Source: Candidatus Fokinia solitaria (GTDB lineage Bacteria; Pseudomonadota; Alphaproteobacteria; Rickettsiales; Midichloriaceae). Taken from it: a DNA stretch of 32,000 bases. Position numbers and translations under genes: made by a program. The stretch is from contig NZ_CP025989.1 of NCBI RefSeq assembly GCF_003072485.1, forward strand, positions 540,001-572,000, given 5' to 3'. The notes beneath the pieces were generated by a model. The model was not told where the DNA came from. It did no database searches and saw nothing but the letters and a program-made list of their open reading frames with translations. This document shows positions 1 to 15,000 of this stretch, in pieces (the first letter of the stretch is position 1; each line of letters opens with the position of its first letter).

Positions 1-3000
1 GATTGTTCCATTCCACTAATATCTTTCTCACGCATCTTATACTTAGATGGCATGGTAATCCTCTGTTCTGTAAAGTGACGAACATCACTTAGACAACTTT
101 GAACATTGAATTCCATACTTTTTCTAAATCCATCTCGTACTATGAGCCATATATCATTTTTAACATTCTCATCTTGTCTAAACTCTTTGTTTTGCGCATC
201 AAATATTACATATTTACTAAGTGAAACATATTCTCTTCTCATTACAAAGTTATTATTTATTTGCTCTATCGCTTTCGATTTAGCTACAGCAAATTTCGAC
301 TGCAGCTCTAATAAGAGGATTTTATGCAACTCAAGATTATTAGAGTTAGTAACAGCTCTACCATAAGAAATTTCATTAATGCTATTAATACTGCTATCCA
401 ATTCATCCTCCGCACTTCGTATATCTTTCTCTTCTAGCATTGTCAATTTTCCAATCCTCTGCGCTACAAGTTCTGTTTCAGTGCTTAATTTTTTTAACGC
501 TTCTGCATACTCACTTCCTACTACCATTGCTACGCTGCGCAAATCTCCAATTATACTTGCACCGAAATTAGACACTCTATTATCTACTTCATCACAATCA
601 TCACTATAGCGATTATGGCATAATTCTTTCATCACAGCATATTCAGCGCTGTTCTTTACATCATCTCTAGCAGCAGCAACATAAGATTCGTAAACAGCAA
701 TATCAATTGCATTATTTATAATAAGAGGCGTAATTTTCAAAATCTTCTCATTCAAAGCTTTTGTACTTTTCTCTAATAAACGTTCAACATTATCAAGCGC
801 CTCCATATGCTCTCTATGCGCGAGATATGTCTGCATCTCTCTCACTTTATTGCTAAGTAGCGTATGTATAGTTTGCTTTTTGCTTTCAATTTTTCGAGCA
901 TTCTCTTGCAAAATAAACTGTAGCACCTTTGAATAATTCATAACGCGCTCATCATTAAAAGGTACTACTTTTTCACAAGAATTACCGCTTGGCAGTGTAT
1001 TACCTAAGCTTTCAATCTCTCTCGAGAAAGCAATATACTCGTTCTTTTTGCCACTCCATCCTTTATTTTGACCAATTTCTTCTCTAATAGTCTCCTCTTT
1101 TTTAGAGAGCTGACTCGCTTTCTGCTCTAAATTCTCCAACTTGCGCAACATACTACCACACTGCGCTATAGCACTATCATATTCTCTTACAGCAGAGTAG
1201 TTTACAGTACTCTCATAATTAGATATCGGCTTTAAAAGTCCATCTTGCAATTTTTGCTGATTCTTTGCAATCAGTTCATATTTGTCCTTCACATCATTAT
1301 ACCTCTCAACTTCGACAAGAGACTTTTTATGCCCTTCTAATACCTTCATAATATCAGTAAGGTAAAACTTCTCTAAACGAGATGCTTCAGCAGCAGCACT
1401 TTGTTTTAAAACATTCATATAATACGAAGTACGCAAGTCACTATGCTCAGCTTTAAGTTCAAATTTATAAGACGTAACGTACTCAGTTAGACTTTTAGCT
1501 ACAAGTGCATAAGCCTTCTCCATCTCTTTCCTAAAATAAGATATGTCATCATTGTACATCGATGTAACAAGTTGCCTAATTTTTTGCATACTAATATCTA
1601 ACTCTCCACTCGCTAAATTTCTACCTGCTATAAATTTATTCATATTAGCGTTGGACTTACTGATCATATCTTCCTTCTGCTTTGCGGTCCAATCTCCACT
1701 ACTAGTACGATAAGCTCTATAATCAACGTTATAATAAGAATATACCCAAGAAACAGCTTGTATCATTTCTAAAGAATGCATTCCTATCCCATTCTTCTTT
1801 GCAAAATTAGAAAGTTGTATATAATTATATCTATCAGTCTTAGCCGTCTCTACATCTTCCTTTAACTTTTCACGAAGTTCGGAATCAACTCCTGTAACGC
1901 TATCACTACCTCCTAACGAACTATCAGCATTCAAACTCAAAGGTGCTAACTTTTGTGATAATAGTTCTGTAAACTCTTTCTGCTGAGAAACAACAGTATC
2001 TCTCATCTGCTTAGTATGATACGAGTAATAGTACTCTCTTGCATCTTGCATGTGCTGATACTCCGTTCTAAATGATGAAAGAATATCATCTATTTTAGAT
2101 GAGAACGTCACGTCATTAACTTTATCGATACTCTTCAACTCCTTCTCTAAGTATTCAATCTCTGCCCTTCTCTGTACTATGTGACTTTGTTCGTAATACT
2201 TGATAGCTTCCATCTCACTCTTCTCACTAAGTCTATGCTGTAGCAGCTCATTCAACAAACTGCGATACTTATCTATAGTTTCATGATTCGATGGATCTGC
2301 TTTTTGCATTTCAAAAAGCTTCATTTCTGAAGATAATCTCCATTTTTCTTGTTCGATAAGAACTTTAAATGCTCGCTCTATTACAGAAACTCTTTGTAAG
2401 AGTTCTTGTTCTATACCATCACTAAAGTCTTTCTCATGCGCTCTACATAATTTCATCAAATGATCATTTAAAGCATTTGCTATCGAGATCGCTCTTGCAT
2501 GCTCATTAAAGGCAAGCAAAGGTGCGCTATCGATATTAGCTATAATGCCATTTACATCCAGCGTTCTGCAAGAAATCGTAGCATACTCGCAATCTCCATT
2601 AATTTTACTTATAAGCTGTTGAATGCTAGGGGAATATTTCTCATCCTTTGCAACAAGAGATTGCACGTCTTCATATGATTTAATATTTCCATCTTGCAGC
2701 TCTTTCTTTATATAATTTACAAGCTGTCCCGATAAATTTTGAAGATTTTTAATATCTACGCTCAGTTTTGCAGAGCTCTCATCTTCTGTACGTTGCAATC
2801 TTTTAAAATACTCGTTATCTGCTCCATGTTGCGCTTTATCATCTCTATCCTTGTCGCGCGGAAATGTCTTTTCACAAACAAGTTTCAAAAAGTCTGGAAT
2901 CTTATCGATACCACATTCCTTAGCTTTTTCCTCGGACATCTTTGTGTTCATATCAGCTAATAAGTACTCAACATTATAGCTATTACTGCTTTTCTGTAAC

Positions 3001-6000
3001 TCAATACTAAACGGATATTGTCTTTCTGCAATATTTGCAAAGCCATGAGTACCTTCTACTGGACATGATAAGAAAGCACTATATCCAAACGCCATACTAT
3101 TTTCATTTTTCAAGAATGCAAAAATCGTAGCGTCTGTAGCAGCAAACTCACTCAGTGGAATTGAAGCAGTTTTCAAAGTTCTCAATTCTGCAGCGCCGTC
3201 AGATACAATATCCTTAATTTGTTGCAATTTGCTAATAAGTGCACTCTGTAAGCTTTGTAGTGCTTTATCTGTTTTTCCACCTTCATCAGAGATTAATTGA
3301 ATATTTGATAAATCTAATTTTGCTATAAGCTTCGCTACTGAATCTATGTCATCGAACTTCAGAATATCAACATTAAAGATCTCGTACTTAGACAACGAAG
3401 CAATCATCTTACATACCTTCAAAAATGCACTTAGCGCATCTTCCATTTTTTTAATGTAGTTTATAGAATTCTCTTTCTTATTTGTTTTATAAAGTAATAC
3501 GTTATCTAAAAATTTAATAAAATGAGGATAACTCGCTATCATTTTAGCATCACTAAGTATATTAGCAAAATCCTTGTCAGCTAAAACATCCTTCAAATTT
3601 CCATATATTAGCTCTTCAGCTCGTATATTTATGTGAGTAGTATTAAAATTATTGATATTCTGCGTTACAATCTCCTCTGATAACTGCTCATTCAGCACTT
3701 TTAATTTTTCTTGTCTCTCTGCAATTTGTTTGTCTAAATCTTCTATGATACTGCTATTCTCAGCAGCTTCTGCAGCGGTAATGATATTGCCGTTATTTTC
3801 GCTATACCATTTATCATACACTGCTATCGCTTCATCTATTACTTCTGCGCGCTGCTGAACGGAAAACAGCTCTTCTATCATAGCGTCTCCAATCATCATT
3901 TTAGGATTATATGACGGCTCATTATCCTCTATAATCTTATGTATTGCACTTACCAAACGCGAATCAGCGTTAAACAATTTCAAGAAACTAAATACCTGAC
4001 GCAATACAGTCGTACCTGCTATATCTGAATTTTCTTCTTCTCTTTCTGCAATATACTCAGCAATGCTCTTATCGCGCTGCTCTATATCAAGCTGCAAAAA
4101 TCTTTGAGGAATAACATCAAATTGCTCCAATAATCTTACAAACATCTCTTTTATATCGAGTGCTTTATTATTAGACTCAATGAACATTCTCTCTGCTGAA
4201 GCTGATTGATGCAGGTAGTTCTTCATCTCGGAGTATATAGTGCTCATAAGGCTCACTGGCTCATCGTCTCTTAGATACGACCATATAGTTTTTACTTTGA
4301 ACGATACTGTTTCTAATTTCTTTAACGAATCTGCAGCATCATGTATTTCTTTAGAAAAGTCAGATGAAATAGCTTCATGTGCTATAAGAGATTTCTCCAT
4401 TATATCTACTAACGAGAAAAGATCTTGCGCATTGACCATATCATTATCACCATCAAGATGTTTTGCCATCTCAACCACTAATGAAAATAACTTCTCTACC
4501 TGAGTCTCTATAAAGCGTGAAATATCGCGCTTCATATTTTTTTCAGATTCTTCGCTCTTATATTGTATATTACTTAATCTCTTTTGTAGTGCCGCTCTAT
4601 GAATTGCATTCTCTTCTGAAGGATCGATAAAATAGCTACTAAGATAGTTACTAATACGGCCTATTACCCCAATAGTATCACCTATCTTTGAATCAGTAGC
4701 TTCATAAGAAGCAACTACAGCACGTATTAGCTTTTCTTTCTCTTTATTATTGAGATTGTCATTCAACCACTCGATAGCATCATTATCTTCTTTTGCAACT
4801 ATAGACAAAAGATCTGCAAGACGATACTGCGTATCTCCTAGCGACTTGAGGAAAGCTTCATCATCAATGTCTAGGATATTTACGTCTATATTAGGATTTC
4901 TAATCACATCATCACCTCGTACTTGCGCTTTTTCTAAAGCATCTTTAATTTTATCGAACTCTTCTGCCGTTAGCACGAAATCTTCAAGAAAATCTTCTCC
5001 ATTCGCAACAATTTTCTCTGCGAAAGCACGTAAGAAGCTATAAATATCAGGCATAACTTGATTACGAGCACTAATTCCTATTCGATCTGCGATATCACAT
5101 AACTCATAAGTACTGAGGGATTTGAGAGCACCGATCATCTTCTCCGCAGAAGGAGCTTTGTACGACTGATAACTGTTAAAAATCGCACTGCCAAGAATAT
5201 TCCATTGTTGTTCTGTGACCTTCTGACGTAAGGACGTTATAGCTGCTTTAAATTCCTCTGGTTCTTTCGCTGTCAACGTACCAAGTGAATAATCCACTTC
5301 TTCGGTAACAGATTGCGTTTCTTTATTAAAACGCTTTTGCACTTGCGCTTTGAATGAAGAAGAATCTTTTATAGAAAAATCACCAAGACCAAGCTCTTTA
5401 AATAAAGTAGCAATATCCTTATTAGCACGAACTACACCTAGATGTATTACAGTTCTCAGATTTTTTAATATCTCAGCAGTATTTTCATCGAAATGCTTTT
5501 TATAGTTATTTAATTCACTTTTCGCTTCTGAATACTCGCTCACAGTAGCATATATTCCTCCAAGCGACTGCTGCACTTTTTCGAAATCCTTCACACTTTT
5601 TGATAAAGAATCTCTACGCTTTGTTATTACCTCTACTTCTTTCTCTATTTTCTCTTTTTCTACTTTCGGTATAGCTACTGATTTCTTTAATTTTGCCGCA
5701 AATGAGCGAACAAAGTTATTTTCTACTGTACCTAAAGCATATTTCTCAAAATCTAAAACACCGTCGCGGAAAACATACTCTTTTATATCTTGTATAATTT
5801 GCGCATTATAAACTCCTCCAATTAACGCATCTACTCCAATATCTTCTCTAATGCGATAAATAGCACTCGAGAAAAGGCTTACTACTTCTGTATAATCATC
5901 AGGATTTTTACCTTCATTTCTTAAGAGATTATTACAATAATTACGTACCGCTACTTCATTTTCACTTTTCCAAGATGAACTGATGAATGAAGCTTCTGTA

Positions 6001-9000
6001 TGCGCAAGACATTTAGGGAAAAGTTCAGAGTAATAAAAATATTTTTCAGCAAAATCCTCCATGCTCTTCATATCGTATCTTTCGCTGATCGCTGCAAATG
6101 CAATAGTTTGCAACGGTATATACTCAGGAACGATCTCATTCGCACCTTCTAACAAATTAGATTCTTTTGCACTAACTATAAAGCGTGCATATTGCTCTTT
6201 CAAAAGCGCGACAAACATTTCTGCAATATCGGCTTGCTTCATATCTAATTTTTGCGTTACGTACTCTTTAAATTCATCGAAAATACCTTGTAAAGCTCCT
6301 AATCCAAATACTTGACTTAGCACTTGATCTTTTACTAAGAAAGCATGCATAGAAGATATATCACCAAACTGCTCAGCTGAAATATTACTTAATTTCTCGC
6401 TCAGATAATCATGAATACGTTTTACACTAGATTTAGATAATTTCTCTGGTACAAAAATTTCATTCCATTCAACACACTGCATTTCAGCAAGTAACGCTTC
6501 AATACGCTGCATTTCGTTACTATTCGCTCTGTCTTGATATTTCATAATATTACCATTTCTCAAAGAGCAAGATACGAAATTGGTCAATACTTGAGCAGCA
6601 AGCTGTTGAGAAAGTGAAATTTCTACATCCACTTCCAATAGTGGCGCCATAAACGCCTTATTGATATCACTGACATGTAAAGATACAGCATTTGAGAATA
6701 AACGCGCTGACGAATGATGTTGTATCACTGTATCAGTAAAAGCATTCTTAATAGCACTAAGATCGTTTACGATACTAGATAATTTCTCTTCTAAAATTTG
6801 AAGTGATAGCTTGCCTCCATGTGCTTCTTGCAGTGCATTGATACTTATACCTTCTCTACCTGTAGCAGCAATAGATAACTGATTAACGACAACAATGAAA
6901 AGATCTATCTTCTCTCTTGTCGTAGCATCAGAACGCGAATATGTGGAGAATATAGTATGCGCAAATTCCGAAATTACATCTTTCATTCCGAAGTGAGACG
7001 GAATCATCTTTCCTAATCTTTCTCTGAAAGACTCTGTATTAGGAAACTCCTCTGCACCTAGCTTATGCACTACATCTGCAATATTTTGCCAGAAAGCTTC
7101 TACGATAGAATTGGAATTTCTTTCGATCGCTTCTTCAAGTTTTACATCACTATCATCGCTAAAATCACTGCTATTCTTCAGAGCATTGAGAACACCATCA
7201 AAATCATGATGCCATTTACCATACGTTTTCTTCAACTCATTTCCATATTTCTCATACTCTTTACTGTTCACCATGCTTAAGTATGCCATTTTTACTATCT
7301 CACTAAATGACATATACTTTCCTGCTGCGTACGAATCCGATATCGTACGGTATTGCTTCGTAAAAGTATTCCACCAATGTTCTCTATCTAGCGTAGGCTT
7401 ATTAAACCAATTATTTCGCAAGTAGTTATCTTTGATATTTTTAAGAGTTTTAAAATTCTGCAGCTTATCATTTTCTGACAAAGTGCTATTTTCACTATCA
7501 TATTTCAACAAGTATCCTACTAAGACTTTCAACTCATTAGCTATTTGATGAGTATTTTCTATTTCTCGTACTACAACTCCTTGGTGGATCAAATCTGTAA
7601 TTTTCTTTTGTACTTCAGTTCTTATGCTAATTAAAAAGTCATTCTCAGTAATATAATCTTTACCAAAAACCTCTTTTACTATGCTAGATATCTTATCTTT
7701 ACTTTCATTCGCGAAGGATACGCTACCTCTTGCTGCAGTTTCTACCTCTCTTATGTCCAAATAACGAAATGCATCTGTCATAAATTTTAGAGCTTGGCGC
7801 ATGATTTCGCTGTAATATTTTCCTGGCAAAGCAAGTTTTTTGAGAGCTGTTGCTAAGTTTATATAATCTACAAATCTATTTTGGAAAACAGTTTTGCTTT
7901 CTTTTGACGTAACATTCAAACCAAACATTCCAGCAGTATGAATACTTAAAGCACGAAATTCTGCTGCATCTTCTACTAATAATCTGGCATTTTTCTCAAA
8001 ATTCGCCAATTCCTTATATATTTCATCTCTTGCGCCAATGAAGAAACGTTTCATTTCTGCCTCACTTAGTGAAGCTCCACCTAATGTTTTCTTCCATTCA
8101 TCTAAGGTATTATAAGTCGCACTTACTTTCGAAGTTAAGGCATTTCCCGCTAAATCTTCTATAGTGCTATCATAAATTTTACTGATATTATCCATCGCAT
8201 CGCTGATGAAATTTCGTACTCCAACATTTGTGCTGGTAGTAGATAATAGAACAGCTTCTACGATAGAAGGAGAATCTTTAGCAGGTACCGCAAAGAAGGA
8301 CGTTAAAGCTTTAGCAAAAAGCTTATCTGCTGGAGTTCTATTTTTATCGTCTTGTAAAAGAGGAAACGATGCACTATGAGATAACTGCGACGTAACGCCA
8401 AAGATTGATAAATCTGTATCTGACATCGTAGCTGACGCTCTATAGCCTGTTAAAGCACGAGGAAGCTCTTCTAAGAAAAGCACATCATTAGCTTTATCGT
8501 TTATCACTTCCATAAATTCTGCTTTCGTATTCCTTCTTCCTTGCCCCGATTCAAGTGCATTAAAAGCATCATAAGCAGATAATTGCATCAACTCTTTGTT
8601 GTATAAAAACTGATATTGCAAGGCTTCGTAAGCATCATAAAACGATAAAGACTTTATCTCTTTAAAAAGCGGATATTTTAAAAGCTCTTCCTGTGATTGG
8701 ATAAAATTCTTACCATTTACAGCATCTCTGTAAGATATGAGACTTTGAAGCATCTCTCTTTCTTTCACTAAAGCAGGGTTAAGCTCTTGCAATAAAGATT
8801 CAATTAGCTCATTAGCGCTATTCGCATATTTGCGATGCTCTTCCGTAATAGGAGATAACTTTTTCATAGTCCCCTTTATATCTTTTAGATATCTTGCTAC
8901 AAAAACGTTGCCTCGAGAAAGATTCTGAGAAAGATCTTTCCAGAATTTAGTAACTTGCTCTTCGAATTGCTGTAAATCAACATTAAAGATCGTAACAAGC

Positions 9001-12000
9001 GCTTCTAGCTCTTTTAATAATCTTGACTCACTATACTGCTCACCATCAGCAATAAGTTCTCGTACACCTTTCAACAACTCTGTAGCGCCAGCCTGATTAT
9101 CTTTCGCGACATATGTACTATCAACAAATTTTCGTAAATCTTCAAGCAATCCTTCACTATTACTTTTCCTACCATTTGCAATAATTTGTTTCAAATTCTG
9201 CAGAAACTCTGCAGCTTCATTCCAGTTATTATTAACTGCATTAATATCGATAGACGATTGCAAAGTATTTAATAATATCTTCGCATTTTCTTGTCTATCT
9301 TCTAATACACTTATATAGCTATTAAGCAATTTACTTCTCTCTTGAAAGCTGAAGATTTCATTTGATATAGAGTCTAAATATGAATTAATTATACTTTTAC
9401 CTTCTGCTAATTTTCCTAAATCTACTACACTTTTATCAGTAGTAAGAGCGTCACGTATTGCTTCGAAACGCATATTGAATGACGGATTTGTCTTATCGTT
9501 TGATATCTCCTTTAAAACAGTAGAAGTAGAATTAAGAATTGAACCATCATCCGCAACAGCTGCTTTCAAAAATGGTACCGCTTCATTTATAATATCGCTT
9601 TTCTTCGCTTGTAGCACTTGTTCAAATTCTTTAATAACCCTCTCTATTGTAGCTCTATTACTTTTATTAACTAAAATCATCAATTCTGATTCTTTATATC
9701 TGTCTACTATACCATGGTAAATATCAGAGATAGTAGCAACTCCTCCACTGATATATAAATCTACTTGATTGATAAATGCTTTCACAGAACTGCTATCTTC
9801 CGCAGTAGTAAATTGAATAACATGCTTCATAATCTGCAATATCTTTTCCAATTGCTCCTTCTCTTTGATCATTTTCATCACTTTCTCCGGCAAAGTATGA
9901 ATGAGCTTATCTTCTAAAGCACTAAACTCACTTCTCATATTCGCTACATCTGTGTCAGACAATATCGCTTTACTAGCAGCTAATTTATCAGCAAAATTCA
10001 AATCCGTCAAAAGAGCAGCTCTACTTACATTCGATGCTATTGTTGAGAATAATGGATCATTCCATAGAGTATCATCAACCTTTACTGAGTTACCTTTCCA
10101 TGCCTTATAACTATTTTGTAAACTAGTAACTTTTTCACTAATTTTAACGCACATCCATTTCTCTTCAGGTGAAATAGAATCATACTTATACTGTATCTCT
10201 TTCTTCGATGCCTCTTTTTTTGAAGTTGCACTCTGAGACTGTTTTATAGCTTTGAAAGCTTTATCCTTTACCAGCTCTACCACTGCTGAATTACCGCTAT
10301 AAACTTTCTTCACATATCTCTCAACTAAGTCCATTTCCGCTTGTATTATATACTCACGATATCTGTCTCCACTATCTATAGATGCCCATAATACAAGGAA
10401 TAATTTATCAAGAGCGACTTGCTTCCGATCGCTACTAAACCAATTTGTAAGCGCTTCTTTTACTACTAAATTTTTGTTTTCCGATAATCCCAATTTTCCA
10501 AGGTACTGTATAATTGCATCAGATGTCTCCTCTTTATCTCGAAGCGCTAATAACAGACGCTCACAGATTTCTTGATCAGACTTATACGGCCAAACATGAG
10601 AAGATGCAGAATCACCTTCTTTTAGATAAGAATACAGAGATTCTACCTCTTTTCTTAGAATTAAACCATCTTTTGAGTAACTACTATCTTTCCAAGCATT
10701 TTCAAGCTTCTGTACACTCTCATCAAAGATCGCTTTCTCTTTCTCATAAGAAGGATGAGATGTAAATAACAGCGAATAATTTTGAATTAGCTTATTAATA
10801 TCTTCAACGCTTCTACTTAGTCTGTCATATAAAACTCTTTGCGCCATACTCAGCACAAAAGTTATATCAAATACGGAATACCGTTCCGCTGCTTTATCCA
10901 CAATTCCTATAATTACTTCATATGCTTCACTCTCATTTATCTCTTTTTTCAGTAAAAGATCTTTCAATGCAGCAGGAGTGATAATATCAGCATTACTTTT
11001 ATCAAATAAATTACTTAACACTGAATCAATATTATCTTTTCTTTGTATAAAAGAATTTACTACCTTTTGCATCTCTTTTGCATAGTGCAAACGATATCCA
11101 GTATAATCATAAAGCGCTAGCTCGCTACTATCAAATTTTACATCAGAAACGTCACATACTGCACCATTATCGTACTTCTTAAATTGTGAAAAATTGAATA
11201 TAGTTTTAGAAATACATTTTTGACGAATATAATCAGCAAATGACTCACGATCATTTCCAGAGCACCTCCTTCCTTCATCTAAGATTTGCTGCCGTAACTC
11301 CGCAAATATGAGATTATGTGATAATTGTAAAGGTAGATTTTGTTCCTGTTCCAATAGTTCATTCTTCAACTCCACTGCAATCTGTTCAGAAATCAGTACA
11401 TCTTCTCTAGCTAATGATATAATAGCGTCATTTACATCAAATTTTTGATATAACGCAGAATCAGGCAGCATATTACCAACGCTTTTCAAATTCTTTTCAA
11501 ATTGCGCTTGAATATTCTGTACTTTTTCTAAGACCAAGACGTATTCATTATGTATTGTTGTATAAATGTTTTTCTCTCCGCTGCGCACACCATCTAAGAT
11601 TAGCTTAGCTTTTTTCTTTTGATATTCATTTAATAATACACGCGCTTCATTTTTTAACTGCAGATGAGATAACTTCGTATAAGAATGCTCTAAATTATCG
11701 ATAAGAGAACCGATAGATAAATCATCAATCTTCGCTTTTAATATATTACTATATGCCGTAATTAATTCTTTAATAGAATCTGACATATCTTCATTATAAG
11801 CAACTTCATTAACATATCTTTTATAATTAATTTCCTCTATCTCATCTTTGATTTTTCCTAAAAGAGCTGTGAATCGTTCTTTATTACTATTAAAAGCTGA
11901 AGCTATCTTATTTTGTTCTTTATTCACCAACTCTATGATATCACCTCGCTCCATTAATAATACGTCCTGATCATACTTTTCAAGCGAAGCTAAAAGAGCA

Positions 12001-15000
12001 CTTCTTATACTATTTGCTTCAAGTATAAGCGCAGCTTCTACAGCATCGTAATTTCTCTTAATATTACCTATCGCTATCTTCATCTGATTCTCTTGAGTAG
12101 AAATAAAACTATTCATCTCCACTTTTAAAGCTTCCATTTCCTTTAGCGCTTCCTTAGTTTCGAAAGCTTCATACTCACTAAATTCCTTCATCTTTGAAAC
12201 ATAATTTTCAAAAGGTTCAAGGGCAAGCTTCACGCTATTAGATTCTGTTAAAGGAGCAAAGTTGAAATTTTGAAATTTCAAGCTTTTGAAAAGCTCTTTC
12301 ATAGATATATCAGTTATCGCTTTCTGAAATTCAGCATAAATCTTCACAACATTCTCTCTCCATTCACGAATCTCAACTTTTATATAAAGATTTTTGAGTT
12401 TTACATCAATTGCGGTAGTAGCCTTATCCAATGCATCTCTGGAAAGTGCAATTTTAGACGACAAATCTTCGATTTTCGCTTCTGATGAGAATTTATGTAA
12501 TTTTCGCTCTATAGCTTCAACTTTTCTTTTAAATACAGCATCCCATTTGCTTATAGCGCTCTTTTCAGCTTCTAAAACTTTAATATGAACTTTATGATTC
12601 CTTACATGCTCAGAAGTGATTCTTAAGTTAGTACTGATAACTTCACGCAAGTTGAAGCCTTTCGTATCTTCTGCTACATCTCTTCCATCGTCAATATAAC
12701 GTAATAACGCATATAGCTCTTTTCCAATTTCATGAAGTTCAGTGGTAGCAAAACCAAAAATATCTAAATTTTTGTAATACTTCTCAGATAATTCGTATAC
12801 ATCTGCAATTTTAGAATCACATCCTAAGCTTTCATTATTCGAAAAACATGATATTTGACGTAATTCTTGTGCACTTTTAAGTTTATTATCTGCAATAAAT
12901 TTCTCTCTGACTTGCTTCACTCTACCCTTTGCTTGTTGAAACCACATAGCGATCATAGAGGTAGCGCTAAAATCTTTGATTAATGTTTTCTTAAAAAGAT
13001 CGAGTTCTTGCGCTAACTTACCACTATCCTGTAACTCTATTATGTATGAAGCATACTGCGCAACCTCTAATTCTCCTCTACTCTTTTCTATTACTACTTC
13101 GATAGGTGCGTATAATTTATCTTTCATCCCAGCTTTATAAGATGAAATACTCTTATGCAATTCTTCTAATGATTTTCTGTGCAATATACTTCCTCCTATT
13201 GAAGATGGCTTTAGTATCGATGATAAAACACCTCCTTCGTTATCGCTTTGCGATTGCTCAGATGCTCCTAATTGCCCATTCAAGAGTCTGACATGAGCTT
13301 CTATTTTCTCCAATAGAGTATCCGCCTGCTCTTGAGAATTAAGACTATCTTCTTGCAAAATATCTCTTAATGTATCATCTCCACTTTGAACTCTCTCTTC
13401 AAGAATAGAATACCAGCGCGCTTTTTTATCCATAACAATAGAAAGAGCATCACTGCGTGAAAGAACCTCTTCAAGCGTCTCTTCAAATTCCTTTAATACC
13501 GCAATTTTATCTCCTAATTCTCGTTTTTTGCTTTCATAATCTTCTACTTTATGTGCTGTAGCTTTTTGCTCTTCCAAATAATTTTTCAGTCTCTCATCTG
13601 TTATCAAAAGCGCATCTTTAGTGATATTTGCAAAAAATACATCATTCATCAAAGAAGATAAACTAGCCTCTGCTTCCTTTAATTTGATATCAAATTGTTC
13701 TTGGGTATTTTCTAGCAATTTACTGAGAGCTGCTATCTCTTTTTCTTTTTCATGTAACTCACTCGATGAATACGGAATAACTGCTAAAAGTCTTAACGAT
13801 TCAACTTTATCTCTCTGAGAAATTAATTCTTTCTGCGTATCTTCGATTGCTTTCTTAAAGTCTTCAACAACTCTATCGCGCACTTCTCCCAGAGCACTCA
13901 TGCACACATTGAAGTTATTGATAACAGATAACCCTAAATCAGCAGCTGCAACACTGCCATATATCATCTGTGCTCTATGAATTTGCTCAACATTATCGAC
14001 TCTAAGTTCAATATCACCAAGTACATCCATATTATAAGATTTCCACTTTTTAATACTCTGCAAAAGCTCTTTTTCTCTCTCTACCAAGTTATATTGCGCA
14101 ATTAAAGATGTTCGTTCATCTGCAAGTGTCTTAGCTATTCTATCTGCGTCATGCTGATCTTCCACTCCTTTTGAAAGAGATTCATCCTGTTTAATCAACT
14201 CATAAGCTTCCTTGATTAATAAAGCATTCACCTGTATTGCATCCTTCCGATATTCAAAGATTTCTTCTTCTATAGAAATGAAATCTCCAAACTGCTCTAC
14301 ATGCAATTTTTCATTTAATAATGCATCTTGCACACTTTGCCACATAGTGCCATTTATCGCTGCTTTTTCGAGATTTGACATCTCTATGTTGAATTTCTCA
14401 GCTTCTACGGGATAGCGCAATACATGTTGCCACAATTTCTCTCCTATCTCTTTTTTATTACTTATGCCACTAATTATCTTCTTTATTCTATGGAATTTTT
14501 CACTTTCTTCATTAGTGAAGAATTCTTGTATAACGTCTATCATCGATCTCGTTATATAGCCGGTAGCACTGAATGACATTACGCCTTCTTCAGTAACAAG
14601 ATCGCCTAATGCTGCATTTATATCCTCTTTTGAACATCTACTCTGTTCATCTTTACATTCGATAAACAACGCTTCTAATTTCTCCGTAGCTTTAATTCTC
14701 TTACTTTTCTCAGCATCTATTGCTTTATCAAAAATAGCTATAGCTTTTGGCTGAAGTGTATATACTAGTTCATCAAATTCATCATGTAATCCTATAATAT
14801 CGTCAACGTTTGTTTTATGTAAAAGTGCTATCAATTTATTATAGAGTTCCTTACTTTCTTTATTTGCTTTCCACCAATTTCCCTCTAAAAGCGACTTTAC
14901 TTTATTATCTACATTAGCTAAATAACCATAAAAATGCGTACGAACTACATCAGAGAATGAGTTACCTATAGCAGCCTCTTTCGAATGAGATACTGTATAT